From the human T2T-CHM13v2.0 reference genome, Homo sapiens: 64,000 bases of DNA. The translations under genes and the position numbers were made by a program. Of the stretch, positions 61,917-64,000 are shown piece by piece. The stretch lies in NCBI RefSeq assembly GCF_009914755.1, contig NC_060925.1. One strand, given 5' to 3'. The notes beneath the pieces were generated by a model. The model saw only the letters and a list, made by a program, of their open reading frames with translations. It ran no database searches and was not told where the DNA came from. Position 1 is the stretch's first letter; every line of letters begins with the position of its first letter.

Positions 61917-64000
61917 GTAAGTCAGGGGTTGGTGGGCGGGTGTGTGAAATGTTTGCTTTCCCTGGTTTATCTTTCTAAGGGAAATGAGTACTGTGATATG
62001 GTGCTATGTGCTTTTAGTGTCTTCTTATCTAACATATCAGTTAAAAACATAGAAAATGGTAGCACTACTTATAAGAAAGACAACTATTGAAGGAAGAAAA
62101 AAGAGAAAATTATTGCCTTGTAAAAGGACATTTTCCAAACATTTGAAATTACAAAGTCTAATGTCTAGTGACTGAATTTGATGTGGCTGTTCCTATCTCT
62201 GAGAACAGCACATTGTATTGTTTTCATTTTGCTGAGCAGTAAGATTTTTGACTGAGCTTTTAAACCATAATAACTGTTGCTCATGGATCTCAGCAGCAAA
62301 AATTATAGTTATATACAGAATGGTATTTAAAATAGTTATCTAGTCCATTTTAAAGACCCCCTTCCCCAATACCTTTCCTCCATTGGCATTTTGAATTTGG
62401 CAGCATGGGATGGTATGAAATTATTTCCACTTTGGGGTGACATCTGTACTTGCTTGGTTTTAGCCATGACAGCTGTATTCCAACTGTTGTTCAATCACCC
62501 AGGGCTATCTCATCTACAGAAAAATGTGCCAGCTTCTCTCTTACCACCCAGAACTATTTTAATAAGCCAAACCAAGGCCTAGCATTCATCAGCGTTAAAA
62601 TATCTGTAGCAGAATCATCTCAGGCTTGCTGTTACTCATCATGACCCCACGCACCCTATGTTCTTTCCTTTGTTCACAGAACATAAATATTCCATTTAGT
62701 TTGTCTCTAATGCCATTTTCTCAGGGCAGTTATTGGAAATAATGGAAGAATGCAGTGGATCTGGGGAATTATGTTTTCTGTGTCTTAGCAAGTAAGTGAC
62801 AGGTCCTAGGCATGTGGAATTAGAATTTTTTCTCTGCTTCTACATGCTTCTGCACCATTTAACAGAAATACAAGTGTAGGTTATATTACCTGTGGGAGGC
62901 AGTTTTCCAGAAGGTGTAAGAAAAAGATGCCTTATACCAGTACCTCCTGGAGGGAGCACTCTAGGAACTACCTCTGTAGATGCTGTGATTCTGCCTGGTG
63001 CCTTGCAGCATCTGAGCTCACTTCTCACAGAGGAAGGAAAGCAGCACTCAGGTTTCTATCCAGTAACTCCTTTCAAGATGGCTTCATTTGGTAACCTAAC
63101 TCCCCAGATAGCATGGTGAAATAAATTGACAGGGTGTAGATGGTTTGAGATAAATATTCTTATTTGATTTAGACTCTTTGTAAATCAAAGCCATTCTATT
63201 AGCATAACTCAAGAAATCTATTTTTTTCTGTATTGATCTCCACTACATAATCTGTTTCCAGAGTAAATTTTTCTGTTTTTTTTTTTTTTCCCATTGTCTG
63301 CATCTAGATCTTTTGGTCCTCATGTCTTTGTAGAAAGTTATTGATATACCTTAACTTGGATGCTAGGTTGGTGATAGTCTTAAATGTTGCAAAGGTCGTT
63401 GTATTTAGCTATTATTGTTCCATGATTAGATTTTCCCTTCAGTGTTGTAGACATGAGTAGAGTCAGTATACTTCACTGCCTTATGTACCTAACTACTATT
63501 GAACCGGCTGTTGCCTCATGAAATCAATGGACACATTTGCAAAGTACCCTGAGTAGGATTTTCCTAATAGAGGTATATTATTTGAGCATCCTGAATTCTG
63601 GTAGGGCTGTTGGTTAGAACATCCAGAGATTGACTTTGGAGGAATAAGTTTTTATTTTCCAAGGTTTCTATGGAAGTTTAACTCAAGCTGCTGGTCTTTA
63701 TGCATTTTCTGTGCTGTGGATTGATTCTTGACTCTGGGCCCTAGTGTGAGGGGTTTCTTTCTTAAAAGTAAGCCTGGCTGCTCTGCCTGTCCTCCAGCCC
63801 TGAATTTTTCTGCTTATTGTTTTGCCTCTGGGATAAAGACAAAGCTACTTTGTTTTTCATCCTTTGGCTTCGTCCCAGTGCTTAGCTCTTTGCCAGAGAG
63901 GGGAGCATATATCAGGGGGTACTTGGGGAATCAGGCTTCCCCCAATTCTCTTGGTTCTAATCTTATCTTTTGCTATGTTTCCTTTCTTTTTTTCCTGTAT

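Overview
Human genomic DNA containing the 5' half of GIPC2 (PDZ adaptor, + strand); a near-perfect AluYa5 supports human origin. Coding exons: exon 1 in a CpG island (CDS 13003-13242), exon 2 (47462-47647) and exon 3 (61736-61916). The gene continues past the window end. The rest is upstream and intronic DNA dominated by transposable elements: more than 30 Alus, two L1PA copies (one with a twin-priming inversion), old L1M/L2 copies, LTR/ERVL remnants and DNA-transposon fossils. Four host-RNA retrocopies are present: NIT2 (minus strand, head-to-head with the GIPC2 promoter), U6 (fused to an old L1), SSR3/TRAP-gamma and 5S rRNA. I see no evidence for a wholly new multi-gene system. The best leads are a candidate L2-derived alternative first exon giving an MGNADQ-start short GIPC2, an ancient U6-L1 chimera, an Alu with an ~80-bp target-site duplication, serial Alu insertion at one site, a complex L1/Alu deletion junction, and a young 36-bp minisatellite. 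Repeat subfamily names and parent-protein comparisons come from memory, not from a search, and repeat boundaries are approximate.
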